From Ascidiella aspersa (Eukaryota), in NCBI GenBank assembly GCA_963924565.1, contig OZ004608.1, positions 28,272,001-28,336,000 of the forward strand: a stretch of 64,000 nt of DNA, read 5' to 3'. The position numbers and the translations under genes were made by a program. The notes beneath the pieces were generated by a model that saw nothing but the letters and a program-made list of their open reading frames with translations, ran no database searches and was not told the origin of the DNA. Below are positions 50,177 to 64,000 of this stretch, in pieces. The stretch's first letter is position 1; every line of letters begins with the position of its first letter.

Positions 50177-52787
50177 TTTGATTTTGTGTGCCGCTTTCCT
50201 GAGGTTAGACTCTTAGTGATATGTTATAATTATAATTTGATAGGCATAAAGCATGTGGTAGGAATATCACATATTCAGTGGAAAAAACTTGCAATTTTTA
50301 TAATGTGAAAGATTTACCTTTCAAGGTTCAATCGCTGCCGTAAAAGGTAAACCGTAACTGAAATTAACCAAAGTGTTTTGACTTTTTGAGGCATTTTCTT
50401 AACTAAAAAGCACAGGGTATGTGATTGGGATATCACATGCGCTTATAGCAAACTTATAGAGATTTCAAACATTTACCTTTTAAGGAAGAAATCGCTGCTT
50501 AGAATGGTAAACCATAACTGAAATGTAAGCAAAATATGTTGTCAATTTTTTTTGAAAAAAACATGTTATATAACAACCAATCTGGAACGATATACATAAC
50601 CTCCTTTGAAATTATATTTTAAATAAATTTTATTTCTTTAAACATGTTTGATTACACCCGAATTTTCGGAGTCAATGCTTTTGTAGTTTGGTGCGAAAGA
50701 AGATAATATATTAAAAGTTAAGGCGGTGAGTAACTCTTGTGGAGAGACTTGAATGCACAGCTATTTAACCTAACTGAAATATATCCCTTCATAATTGTAT
50801 AAATCAATTCAATCTGCATGGCTGTGCAGGATTTGCTTTATGCTGCACATTGGTAATCTTTTGACATCAATTTTTAACTTCTACTTTTATATCCAAACAA
50901 ACATCAATCTCGTCCTTAAATTTTGTTTATTGATTTTTTTTCGTTATAGCTCTGCTGCATCAGTGTTCCTGAATCGGTTTATTTACGAACGACTTCAGTA
51001 ATCGAAATGCCCTTTGTCTAATTAAACTTAAGAGGGCAATTGAAAGTTTGACCGCCCCGCTCCTGTAGAAGGACTCTGCGACCACCGATATTTTTCTACT
51101 CTTCTCCACCCAAAGTGCAATAGTCGCATGAGAACGTTTAAGTATTCCATTTCGCCGAGTCGCAACTGTTTGACCTGTTTTCGCCATTTTCTCTTCATTT
51201 ATGCGGAGTTTTCGTACAAAATTCAAAGTATAGTAGTTCTCTAAAAGACCGAACGGAAGCAACAGTTCAGCATTGACAATTTGAACTTGTTGTGTTTTAT
51301 CTATTCGATCACCTTTTTGTTAGTTGAACCGAATTTAAACGTGGTTAACAGATTTACTTGTTTTTGTTTCAGTCACATTAAGGCCGATTAACAGAAATGA
51401 GGCTTTGGGTATTTTAGCTTATATAAGGGTGACCACATGTCTTTTTAAGTCGGTGCTTATATGTTACTTGAAGCAATGTTATGTAACCAGGATGTCAACG
51501 TATGCTTCTGATAGATCCAGTGTCCCGTTTTCTCTGTGATGATGTATTTAATGAACATGACCTAATTTTCTTCTAACAAACAGTTTGTTTTTATATTCCT
51601 AAAACATTGTGTCCTGTTAAGCAAGCGGCCGCAATTTGTTAAAATAACCAGTACGATGTTGTTGTAGTTAATTTGTATTTTCCACGCAACTGTATCTTGC
51701 CAAATCTTCAAACTATCTGGTGAGAATCGTTTGGTTCCATAGACTTGTGTTGTATTTAATCGTGATTTAGTTTGCTAGAGACGTTTTGTGCCCGGTCGCT
51801 CGTCTACGTCTATAATTATAACATATTGAAACAGCCTAAAATGTAGACATATATGATAAAACTAATACAAGAGAAATAATACTGTGTTTTTATTGATTTT
51901 TAAATTGTTTTGGCTTGGAGGGTGCATGGCAAACTTGTAATAAATGAATGATTTTTATAAAGCCTCCAAGCAGTTGGCCGAAAAAACAAACAAACAATAC
52001 GTCTATTTCCAAATTCCACCTTGGTTTTTTTAAGTGTGGGGCATAACAATCAGACAGGAAGCATTAGATGGTCAGACAATGCGCAAGTACGATTTGAATT
52101 TTATGACAAACATTTACTTCTCCAGATTGATCCGTAGTTTTTTTTACAAATAGTTTAAATAAATGCTTATTAGGTTACGTGTTAAATCTTTTATCGCTTT
52201 GCAGCCGCTTATTAAATGCCAATTTAGAGACCAGTGAGGGCAAACTTTTCAGCTCGCTAGTTGCATCTCAAAATCAGTGGTTTTATAAAGAGCATAGTGC
52301 GCTTAATTTTTGGCAACCATACTTCAGAATAGGCCTACCCGGGGATAGATAGGTGGGCTAGAGCTAGATCTATATTTTATTTTTGAAACAACAACTAGAA
52401 CGCAGTAGAAAGGTAAAAAGTTGCTTGATCCAGGGTGCAGCGAAAAAACATAAGGCAGATTGAGTCAACTGCACCCTGTTTTTCATACAACAGAAAAACA
52501 TTTTCTATACAAGTAATAGGGATACATTAAAAAAACAAATATAAGATAAACAAATAAAAAATCGATAACAGCAACGCAATTTTTATAATTTATTTTATTG
52601 CCACAAATTAAGGTAATACAATGATACAATTAGGGCTGCCAGTTAATATAAAAACAATACACTTGCTCATACCAAAAGTGTAAAGAAATTAAAAAACAAT
52701 TTTTTTTCGCCGCAAATGACGGAAACGCAGTTGTAGCGCACGGCTATTTACGACTAAGAGATTTTGTGTTTATTGTGCAATTTACGC

Positions 52788-53953
52788 TGTAACGGCTTAT
52801 GCCCCAGATTTATTGTCTGCTCGCACCAAAGTGTAAATGCTAAATGTCTTGTTCCGCGATTATCTCGGCGGTCAGCAGTTTGATTGTCGGTAGCTATTTA
52901 AGACCGCTTTCCGCTTGTAAAGGGAACTTCTTCTCAATTATCGTCTTGCTGTTCGCAACTTTGATATTGCAAGTAGCATCTCCTATATGCTAACTTGTCC
53001 GCCTTCTATAGTTTCAACTGGGTGTTTCGCTTATCAGATAATACAATTAATAATCACCAGAGGTATTGTGGTTGGCTAACGAGTTTTACGCACGCAACCT
53101 TCAAGCAACCTTTAAAACGAGAGTCAGAAACTTACTCAATTAATCTCGTGCCCCACACAGTAATACAATTATAACTAAACACAAAAATTAATGTTAATAC
53201 TATATTAGCGTGTTTGGGGGGCGACAACACAACACAAGGTTACGAAGCCGAATCGCATCACAGAAAAAGATTTGGCGGACGCGCTTAAAATGTTGCCCCC
53301 GAAAAGAGCGGCTCCGATGCCTTTTACGACGCAATGTACAATTTTTTGTACTGAATAAATTAATTATATGGTATCCAATGATTATAAGAGTTGTTTTTGT
53401 CGGCACCTGTATTGGTTTTGGAATCGGCTCTGTATGTTTATTTGAATCAAGCAGTCGAGGGTACATGCTATATTGAAACGCTTAATTTGCAAAAGTAGTT
53501 ATAACCTCTTGAATTTGCGAAAAGTAGTTATAGCCTCTTTTTTAATATTTTAGGCCACTCTAATATTGATTTTTTAGTACAGTGGTTGCTGTAACGGCTT
53601 ATGCCCCAGATTTATTGTCTACTCGCACCAAAGTGTAAATGCTAAATGTCCGTTCCGCGATTATCTCGGCGGTCAGCAGTTTGATTGTCGGTAGCTATTT
53701 AAGACCGCTTTCCGCTTGTAAGAGAGACTTCTTCTCAGTTATTGTCTTGCTGTTCGCAGCTTTGATATTGCAAGTAGCATCTCCTATATGCTTACTTGTC
53801 CGCCTTCTATAGTTTCAACTGGGTTGTTTCGCTTATCTTATCAGATAATTAATAATCACCAGAGGTATTGTGGTTGGCTAACGAGTTATACGCACGCAAC
53901 CTTAAAACGAGAGTCAGAAGCTTCAACTCAACAATTAAACTTCGTGCCCCACA
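52788..53953. repeat. Pair of ~365-bp direct repeats (52788-53157 and 53590-53953) with TG...CA ends; LTR-like
   Basis: Both copies run TGTAACGGCTTATGCCCCAG...CGTGCCCCACA, are highly similar, and flank a unique spacer of about 430 bp. Confidence 0.85.
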
Positions 53954-54632
53954 CCCACCCATGAAAAGAGCTCTGTGCAAGTAAGCACTCAATGGTTTAT
54001 TGCAACGAGCGATGTTTGGTACAATGGAATGTAATTGATGCGTATTGTTATATGCTTTACGAAAGTTTTCATCGTTGGACGATTACAATGATTACTTGAT
54101 GAAAATCACTATCATGGTAATAGCTCAAAAACAAATTGATATCTTTTCTCAGCAGTGTTAGCTGATAGGGGAAATTAATTTGAAACGCCTAGAAACAGTT
54201 TCTTGGTGTCATTATGGACGATATTTAACCTGTTTTGTCTTTTCAATTCTCCACGTATATCGTTTTTAATGCGGTTTCACAGTTTTTTTATCAAAAATTC
54301 ACAGAAAAACACGAGCCTTCTTAGAATTAAATCGCCAATAACTACATGTAACACAGGTTTACGTCAAACAGTGTTCATAGAAAAAATGTAAAAAATAAGA
54401 AAATACATTGACTATTACTACAAGGTGTCAAGCATATTACAATACGGTTACAAAAAGAATAAGAATTGTACAGGAAACTTGATAATATACCGGGAGAGCT
54501 TGTAATTTAACTTGTTTTGCTACTTGTTTAGTTACTGGATAATAGCCAGGAAGACTTGTCAATATTAAAATACAATTTGTCAACATTTGAGCGGCTCAAT
54601 AAGACACCAAGGGCTACCGGCCAAAATACATT

Positions 54633-57600
54633 TCAAGTGTACGTGACGATGTAGGCGGGGTAGACGCTTTGATCGCGAAAAACGACGTATATTGTCGGGG
54701 TGTTCTCGTCGTTGACGACGCTGTCGTAAGGTGAGCAGTTGCTTTGCATTGGGGCTATGCGAAGCGACCGGTTTCCGCGGCAAAATGCGCCGGTCACAAC
54801 CTTGGCTATAAAAAGACGCTTCTTGCCAAATTCATCGGCCGGTGAGAAATCCAGAGCGTATTTGGCCGTGCCTGCAAAGTACACGCCGTGGCCGTACGCA
54901 GTTCCTATAAAGAGCATAGAGCAAAAAACGATAAGTTTTATCGAATTTTAAATTGGTTAATTTAACACATTAAGAAACGCTGGTGCCATTATTAAAGCGT
55001 TTTGGCAACCACCCATTGTGGCAATCTTTAAGATTCAATTAGCTGTACTCCTGCATTTTTTAAGTGTTCTAAGTGCTCATTCAATGCTACATCTTGATAT
55101 TGAGTTTTCGTTTGACAACACTGGTCAACAAATTTTCACTTTTTTTTCTAAACGAAATTGTGAGTATTACATCTTAAATGTATTTTTCGCGCTGATTTTG
55201 AATATACCTTTAGTTTTTCTCTAGCACATCACATTTAAAAAATATCGTCAAATTTAATTTTTTCGAAAAACGCATTGATAACAACGCACAGCTGTAATAA
55301 ATGGCCCTTTAGAACGTCTGACATAAAACTTTTTTATACACATAACTCAAGTCATAACCATAGAACTTCTATGATGGAATTTTTAACTGTTTCCCCCTTT
55401 TAAAAGATTAGCACGCAGTCACCAAATGCCAGCCAATCACGTAACTCCACATTTTGCAATGTGCATCCATTGATATTTCACTAATATTTTGTTCCATCAG
55501 GATTCCTTTCGTTTTGCTTAGCTTAGTAGTAAAAACTCTTTGTAGAGAAATGCTAAACATAGATCCATTTTTCTATTCTTCGAGCAAGAAAATTTTCTAA
55601 GAGGTGTAACGTTTTTGATATCAGCCACTTACGGTTCTCTTATAGGCTTATGGTCTCTTAGTAATGCAGTTGGTAGCACGTTTGTTGTAGCAAAAACGAC
55701 CACCTACTGTAGGTTGTCTAAGTTTTATTTCCGTTATGTATTTATATTACATCAATCTCAGGCAAGTGGTTTTATTTTAATCCCAACACAAGCAGTTCTG
55801 ACTTTTCGTTTGAAAAAAAAACATGCATCTACAGCAAGGCTGTTTAAATCTGTCTGGCTTTCGTTTTGTTCTTATCAACTCCATTTAATCTTCAACTTTA
55901 TCAGGGAGAATTCATGACTTTAATGAGGAGGAAGTGAAACATGCATTGGGGCATTATGTGGTATAGGTTTTCTAGCTTAGTCTAACAGCTTACGACAATT
56001 GTCCAACTTAATGATATCTGAAGTGATTCATTGCTTGTCGTTGGTCACTTAAATTTGAAAAGTATTTGTAACAACATTACTGATTAAAATCTGGCATTAC
56101 CTAATATTTGTTCATTTGATGTTTTTCTGTTGTATAGTGCCACGAGAAGCTGTTTAAACAACATGTAGCCTATACTTAGCTGGGATGCTGTTTTCACATC
56201 TAGAAATTAACTACTTTATTACAAAAATCGTTGATAAAAGATCTTTTCTATATTGTTTTTTTTGAGATATCAGAAAAAAAACAGATAAAATGGTTTGTGA
56301 AACACATTATAGTTGGATAATGTCACAGTGCGCAATTTGCCCATGTTAATAAAATAGCAATACATTGAAAAAAACAAAATGCGAATATTTTAAAAACCTG
56401 ATGTGCTAGAAAAAAAATGAGAGCATTTTCAGAATCAGTGTCGAAAACACTTTACGAATCAATTCATCACATCTCAGTTTAAAATGTGCTGTTGACCAGT
56501 GTAATTATTATAAACAACTGTACATATCTTTTTTTTTAAATACACGGTACTGTAAACTATATTTTGCCTTTTTAGTCTAACTTGCAACCCAATAAAATCC
56601 ACCTTATGTCAATTCACAGATAAATTAAAGTTTACTTTAACCAATGGGTAGAAAAGAAGTTGTAAATAAATCAGAAAAATAGTTTTTTTTAAATGATTTT
56701 TTTTCCGAAAAAATAATACACAGACATGAAAACAAAGAATATTCTCGGTTGTATCCCATTCCCAAAATCAAGTAGCGTAACTCCAAAGAATACGAATGTG
56801 CGAGTTTCACAACTTTGCGTCTTAACAGATGCCTTAATCTACATTACAAAACTGACCGTTGATGCCAGAATATCCCCTGTCGAAGTTATTGGCGCAAATG
56901 TTGTCGCAGCAAGCTGCCGAAGTTCCGTGAAAGAGGTCCATGGTTGCTGGCAAGTTGGACCCAGTTGTCTTTAGTCGCTCGGCAACGCACTGGGACTGCG
57001 TGAAAAAATGCTCGAACAATGTTGGATTCTGCACCCGTTCCACCTGCAAAGCATTGTGTTTGAGAGTTGCACATAGAATGTGCTAAGCAACTTGCTTGGT
57101 AATATTGACATCTTTAAAAAAGCAAATAAGTCTGTTATTATAATACAATTGCGAGTTTGTTACGTGAGTTAAGTTTAGTTATAAGAATAATGTGTGATGA
57201 ACTATAGTGATCACATCAATCGGGTCAAACTGATTAAGTTATGTAATTATCATGGTAGTTAATTAGCAGCTTTATTAAAAAGCATTTCTGCATCGACAGA
57301 GTTCATTTTAATTTGTAAAAATTGCGTTTTTTTATTTAATATCTTAAACAAGCGTAAATATTACATTCTTAATCAAGATGAGATACCCGTTTGACTCGCA
57401 CATACCTTTAATATTACATGGTCGGAAACGGAAGCATAAAACTGAGTTTCTACATCTTTATATTCTTTCGAAGTGGACCTCAGGGGAACCTTTTTCCAGG
57501 ACGCTTCACCCATGGGTGCCCAGCTTTTCGGAATGCAGGAGACTGTGTAAAAAAGCAGTGAAATAACATGTAGTTTTCGCAGTCAATTATTAGTACACCC

Positions 57601-60600
57601 ACGATTTGACATTTCAAAAAGTTTTTTTGGTTTTTTTTTACTGTGTTTAAGTTAGAAAGATTTAAATTAGAAACCTATACCACTGATCTACCACATACAG
57701 CTATGAAAGTTTCGCTTTAATTTCGCAGTTCACACAGCTTAGTTAGGCTTGTCGTAAACTTTTTTATTTTTTTTTATTGATTTAGTTTTGAAACACAATC
57801 CATGGAATTTCTTGGCAATTTCAATGGCAATATCAAAGCCATAACATTCAAGAATGTCGAATGTTTAGCTTTATTAATTTTATTACAATTCATTTAGTTT
57901 GCTGAAAAAAATCGGTCATCGAGTTTATAGGCTACCACTGCAGGACTCCAGCATAAAATATCATAATACGCATAAAATATGATATACTTACGGCAGACTT
58001 CGACCACTAAATTTATTTTAGCTTTTTAAAATTAAATTAGAATTAGATCATAGAGTTTTATCAAATTCGATTAGATTATGTGGAATTTGAACTAGAATTA
58101 CATGTGATTAATTCCTGACCATCAATTTCATTTAAATCGCGAATTCTTCTAATAAGAATGTGAATGGTAAATATGTGTGGGCTATGTTTATGCCTTTTTG
58201 TTTTTTAAGCGCGCATATGCTTTTCAGACTGTAAAAATTGCATACAAGTTGTTCCTACCAAAGAGTTTTAATTTTTTGATTTAAGAAAAGAGAAATAAAG
58301 CCGTGGGACAAAGTAGCATTTTTGGTAAAATCCGAATTAGATTAGAACTAGAATTAGAGCCCACAAGAAATTTACAAATTGGACTAGAATTAGAATTAGC
58401 CGCATTTTGCTCTAAATCACAGAATTAGAATACTAGAATTATCTAGTTGTCCAAGTTTGACTGACTGTCAAAGCTTTATTACCTCTCGTTCTCTTGATTC
58501 TAAGTGGCGTCTGGTTCCATCCTGTTTTGGCAAACGTCATTGATCGAAAGTCCACGTTGTGCTCAACCGTTTGATTATATTGCCGGAAACTGATTTGCAC
58601 CGAGCCGCATTTATTTGCCTTTATAAATATGTAGAGCATTGTAGAAGGACAGAAGAGAAAACTAACAATCGTAAGGAGGTCGATGACATTAAGTGAAAGT
58701 TTAAAATCCATCTTAGTTACTTTTAAATGTATAAAGTTAATTCACAAGGATTAGGAAACCAGTGCTTTGCGTGTTTTTTAAGCCATCTTTAAAACCACAC
58801 CAAAAATATTATTTAATATAATGTATTAAGTTAGGAATTCTGAACAAAACGTAAAACCAGTTTGGTTTTATCTAGCGCAAAGTACATTCAATCAAGGTTA
58901 ACTTGTACGCTAAAAAGAATAAGATTCAATGCTAAATCAAGCGATCTTATTTATTCCACGATTGGCGCTTACATTACCTGAAATTCGCGTTCCAGTTGAT
59001 GGTTGACTGAAACTGGGTAGTCCGCAAACAAAAGCTGTGGGTGAGGCTCGTATTTCCATTCAACGTACGTAGAGCAGATAAGTGCTTGGCTGTAATCGTT
59101 AACCAGCTTCTGAGCTTTAGCCAAACACCTCCGCACATCAGTGTCCAATCCCGATAGCCTGATTTGACTAGAAGTAAATCAAAATCAATCTATACCAGGG
59201 GTGTCCAACCCAAACATGCCGACGTGCCAAGTTTTATCTCATAACTTTTGCCAAAAGTTTAGCAACTATTTTTTTCTAATATTAATAGCGCTTTTATACA
59301 GAAAATAAAAATAATTGTTTGTTGTCGTAATTGCTGGAATTGTTTTGTATTATGAATAAACAATGACAATTGGCTGTATAACAAATTTAGCTTTTTTGAC
59401 AATTGGCTGTGTTTTGGGGGGGCTTGCGTGCCTTTTTTATTAGGTCGCGTGCCACATGTTGGACACCCTTGATCTATACCTTTAAATGCAGTATACAATC
59501 GAATAGTTAAAAATCAGATAGCACAGTTGACAAATTGTTATCAAACGATGACAAACACTTTAATCCGGCAATTGATAACCTATATTATCCCAGATAAAGT
59601 AATGAACCCTACAAGCGGCCTTTCTCTAGAATTGCTTGCAGGTATATACACATAGGCCCTATGGTTGTATTTTTACCTTATTTCGATGCCTATCAGAGAC
59701 AAGCGAAAAGAACAACAAAATAGTTCATAAGAAATAATGCCGTTATTATTGTAATAATTTTACATTATGAAAACAGGCAGCACAAACTTCATTTGCAAAA
59801 CAAAAAGGATATTAACTCGAAAAACAATAGACCGTCTGATAAACTACGACAAAAAAACTGAACAACCCAGTTAACAGAAACTAAGACAAAAAGCTGGACT
59901 AAAAAAATTAACTGCCTACCAAACAAAACGATCAAAATGGCTCAACTACCCAGCAAACAAAAACTAACAACAATCATTTTCCCTGTGGTGAATATGTCAA
60001 GAAATGTTGCCTTTACCTGATGAGGTACAAATATGCAAATCCTTCAAACATTATAATACAACTCGTCAACAGTGATGACCTGATTTTTAGCTTTTGTATA
60101 AGCAAATGCGGCCATCATGAAAAATAAAATAGGCAATTGGTCGCCGGTAATACTTCTCATGCGGTTGTTCAAGGATGACGTATGCAGATTTGGCTAGTTC
60201 AATTAGTTCTTCTTTCTCAATGTCTGATAGCTTCTCAACGACCTCTCCCGAAATAGATTCCGATGTGCTTAGCTGCTCGATTCGTTGAGTCAAAGCTCGC
60301 CATGCCTTTAAATGTTGGTTTCAATTTAACTTAGCTAAAACATAATATGTATTGTCAAAATGCAAATGGTTTACTATTGCGTGACTTTTATCAACTAGAT
60401 AATGTATTAATTTTTTTGTTCGGTTTTTAGGGGGCCCTTCTAAACAGAGGATAAACGATCGATTTTCAACGTTTTTTTTTTTATTATTATAATAAAAAGC
60501 GTGTAACCTCATTAACGCTGCGTTGATTTCTAGAGCAAATCAAGACATTCACTGCGTCGATCTCTGAGTGATTCTTTGGAATACTGGGACTCAAATAATC

Positions 60601-63600
60601 CTTTGGCTGCTGAACAGCAACTGGAAGTATTACATTTAACTGGTCGTCAATATAATATGGTCAAAGGCAACATGAAATCATTTATTTTTTTACAGCATAT
60701 AACAATATGCACATCAGTTATTTCGAAACTTACGTTTTGGCAATGAAAATTGTTTTGCAAAGGCTTTCATCACATCTGCCTTAAAGATGCACAGTTGAAT
60801 TTTCGCCAAATATTTCGGTTCGGTTACCTTAAAATGTTCGATTGCTTGGTAAATCTCTTTAGCAACAATCTCTTTCGGTAAACCTAATTTTCCTGAATAA
60901 AAGAAAACAAAACGACTACATGCGTCCGGTTTGTTGTTTTCCAATTGCCAAATGAGTAATTAGGAAAAATTGGGTATGCATTTGTTAATCACGGTACTAA
61001 GAATAATTGTGGTTAAAAATAGGTTTCCACCACTTTTTAAATCGAAAATGATGTGTTACAATGTTGAACAAGCTCACTGGAATGTTTATAAACTAACGAC
61101 TGGTTTCAAATAGGCGTTACTGCCAACTAATATTTTGAACAGCCTGTAATTCATTTTTTTTTAAATCGTAAAGTTCTGTTTATATAGGCCTACCATATTT
61201 TGATCGCCATATTTTGAAGAGGATAAAAACTAAGTTTTACTTCAAATGAAATTACACCTGTCTTTAGATAATTATACGCATATTCACCCCGAGTCATTTG
61301 ACCAAATTTAAGTCTCATGTCGAAAAGTCACATAAAATTTGATTCTCTTGAGTAAAACTCTAAGTTCAAAGAAGAGATAATTGGACGATTTTCAGTTTCG
61401 TTCCAGTAAAATTTTCAGTTTCGTCGAAGCACTATTCTTTTTATTTTGAAAAAGAGAACAAATCTCTATAATAGGACATATAGTAGGGTTTGTAAATAGA
61501 TTACCTGTTCCAACAGCTGGCAACGCAATGGAGGACACACCGTGATTTTCCGCTTCCTGAAAGAGTTCCAGCAAAATTGGTTGGAGCATGTCATGTTTTT
61601 TTGGAGTGACAACATGATAAACATATTTTGCCCTTAGATATCCCGCTTTGGTGACCCTAACGTTATTCGATTGATGAATCAAGTTTGCAAGATTGTCTGC
61701 CGAGGTGCCGGCACCCCCTTGATTGAGTATTTTTGCACCTACCTGGCCTGAAAAAAATAAAAAATAAAAACATGTTTTGATTTTTTTTAAATATAAAGCG
61801 AATTGTCTGCATTGCCAGTCAGTTTTAATTAAATCGCTTCGACTATTTAACCAAAGTATACACACAAATATTGTGCCAATATTTTGGGTGAATGAAAATC
61901 AATTAACAGAAATATATTCCAACTTTTTTTTATTGAAACCGCCGGGGTACATATTGTAGTAATCCTGCAGCCTGAATACCAAGCATTAATCGCAAAAAGG
62001 ACATTTGTAAACCCAAATGATTTGATTTTACCTCGTGGTGGTATGTAAAAAAATGTTGCGATGTAATTTGCAGTCATAGTAGAAACGAAACTATTTTTAA
62101 TAAAAATATGTAACAGGTAGGCCAACATTAGGTGTTGTCCTGTGTACTCGTAGAATATTGGAATATTTTTTTGGAAAATGAGAAATGTATTTACCAATCT
62201 CTATTTGTAAATGCGAAATATTTTGTTTTGAAAAAATCTTACCTCGCATGTCGTAATGCGAACTTGTCGAATTAACAATTGCCTCGCAGTCGCAAAAAGT
62301 GATGTCACCCTTTACCAGTTCAATTGAGGGATTGCCGGGAAGATACGTGTTTAGTGCAGTAAGTTTGTTTGCGCGAGCATGCCCCACCTAAAATATAAGT
62401 CTCAATCAAACTAACATTAAAGGGCTCGGTGACAATGTTGGTATACTGTATATCTGTAGTATTGCAATATGTATTATTTTTTTTGAAATTTTTTGGAACA
62501 CTTTTCATATATTACTCACTTGCAACAGTTTCTTGCAACTGAACCGGGCGCACGCAATAATCCCTCGCCATAACCAATAAACCAGCCAGGAGAGGCAAGA
62601 CAAGACGAGTTTTATTAATCTGTATGGCTGGCAAAAGAAAATGCAACAATGAAAAATTGATACTTTAGAAACTGGGTTTCATCATAATTATCATCCGAAT
62701 ACCATTTTGCATGGGCCAGTGACTGAACTGGAATTTTTGTTTGGGGCAGAGTAATGACCATTTTGAGATAACCTAACAAATTGACATCAAATTTGATGCA
62801 AGCATGCTAGTTGTAGATTAAACACGCACTATTCTACCCTCACCGCGCGGACATTATAGCCATTTTGTCTATGTGGATCATGCCCTTCCCAACTTCGTCT
62901 CAAAAGGTCGTCATTTAATTGTAAGTAACGCGGCACTGCCTAAATTGAGTTACGCCAAACTTGGAAAGGCCAGAAAGTTGGCGCACAGATTTTGGTTATT
63001 TTATGCTAACTAATTTTTAGCTTAACCCCCAAAGCAAAATGCCATTGTCTTACAGGTCTTCTTTGCAACAACTAACGTAATAAGACACGATTTTATTTGC
63101 TAATTCCAACACGAATTTATAATTTAGTTCCAAGCGGATTTAACCGGAGCCTTGAAGAAGCCAAAAATGTAACCTATCATTCAGACCTGTTTTAATACTT
63201 TAAAGTTGTTTACTTATTAAACGTTTTTTTATGCAAACATTTTTAAGTTTGTACCGATTACTATTCCTATACACATACGGTATGATACCGAATCACACCA
63301 AATGTGTACAGCTGTGATATTACATTTCTGAAGTCGTATATGTGCACAGAGTTGCAAAATAACGCAGTGAAATTCGACTTCATGGTCTCACTTCATGGTC
63401 TCAGCTGTATTGATGGTCAACTGGCATGGTGTAAAAAAACGCATGCGAAAAAATAAGTCTTTATACATACTGCTCCTGATTTTTTCGCATGATGTGGCGA
63501 GGAGTATTGCCATTCGGGTGGATCGATCAACCCAATACAGTGATGTTGTTTTGCTATTTCATTTACGACCGCTCTGCCTTTTGCTGAACGAAGGTATCTG

Positions 63601-63722
63601 TCCATTCCTGGTTTTACCACTTTTCGTTGCGAAACAGTTGCTAAGTTTATGGTGTTTTCGGCTGTGTGAGTAACAAAATATTTAGGTGAGTTGGTGAAGA
63701 AAAATATCAAGAAGTTTTTCAC
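54633..63722 (-). CDS. Macrodomain-WWE-PARP mono-ADP-ribosyltransferase, PARP14-like; multi-exon, probably 5'-truncated by the window edge
   Basis: Catalytic exons 54904-54633 (YGHGVYFA...YDSVV...TIYVVF...YPAYIVTY), 57043-56857 (VERVQNP...LFHGT) and 57542-57406. WWE-like exons ~59168-58978 (VEWKY...YP..VNHQLE) and ~58619-58483. Macrodomain exons ~62387-62243 (IELVKGDIT...AIVNST), ~61747-61505 (SIALPAVGTG) and ~60892-60733. Confidence 0.88.
59196..59471. mobile_element. hAT MITE in a PARP intron
   Basis: TIR CAGGGGTGTCCAAC / GTTGGACACCCTTG; exact TSD ATCTATAC. Confidence 0.88.
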
Positions 63723-64000
63723 TGAATATAAAAAATCTGACCTCGTGGCTTGTAAAAACAGAACAGTAAATTTGGAATGCCGTAAATGTTTTGAGGCATT
63801 ATACTAAATAAATATAGGATATACTTTTGAAATGGCGTCTTTTAAGTATTTTTAGAATAACTTGACACTTTACGCTGCTAAACATTACTCTGATTTATTC
63901 GAGTGCAATACGAAAAAATACCTCTTCCATTATTTTGTGTTATTGTAAATAATTGCAAATTCATGCTGTGCTGTATATCTAACCTGATTGGATGTTACCA

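Noticed and set aside
58010-58445. TAGAATTAGA-rich stretch as a regulatory array
   Set aside because: Most likely subterminal repeats of a decayed element in a PARP intron; no ends or function can be supported.
1-64000. tRNA, rRNA or snRNA genes
   Set aside because: None recognised by eye; a tRNAscan-SE/Infernal run would be needed to exclude them.

Overview
AT-rich, intron-rich animal genomic DNA. An invertebrate chordate (ascidian/tunicate) is the most likely source, inferred from the Link+F5/8C genes, the compact gene packing and the single-exon housekeeping genes. I spliced exons by hand and get ten protein genes: (1) an insect-AANAT-like GNAT acetyltransferase (+) whose first splice junction is problematic; (2) a C8orf82/UPF0598 homologue (+) whose stop codon is only 2 nt before the ATG of (3) an intronless MFSD3 transporter (+); (4) a convergent intronless ECSIT (-); (5) an unannotated ~154-aa single-pass membrane protein with a PPxY motif (-), absent from the ORF track and lying directly downstream of (6) an OST-alpha/SLC51A-like transporter (-); (7,8) two tandem secreted Link-module + discoidin (F5/8C) paralogues (+); (9) SAC1 phosphoinositide phosphatase (+); (10) a macrodomain-WWE-PARP of the PARP14 type (-), probably running off the window end. 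Introns and intergenic DNA carry many non-autonomous DNA transposons with readable TIRs and TSDs (hAT/Buster, MULE-like, Harbinger-like) plus an LTR-like direct-repeat pair. The two strongest leads are a probable C8orf82-MFSD3 dicistronic unit and a candidate invertebrate OST-beta-like partner next to OST-alpha. All homology calls come from motif recognition, not database searches.
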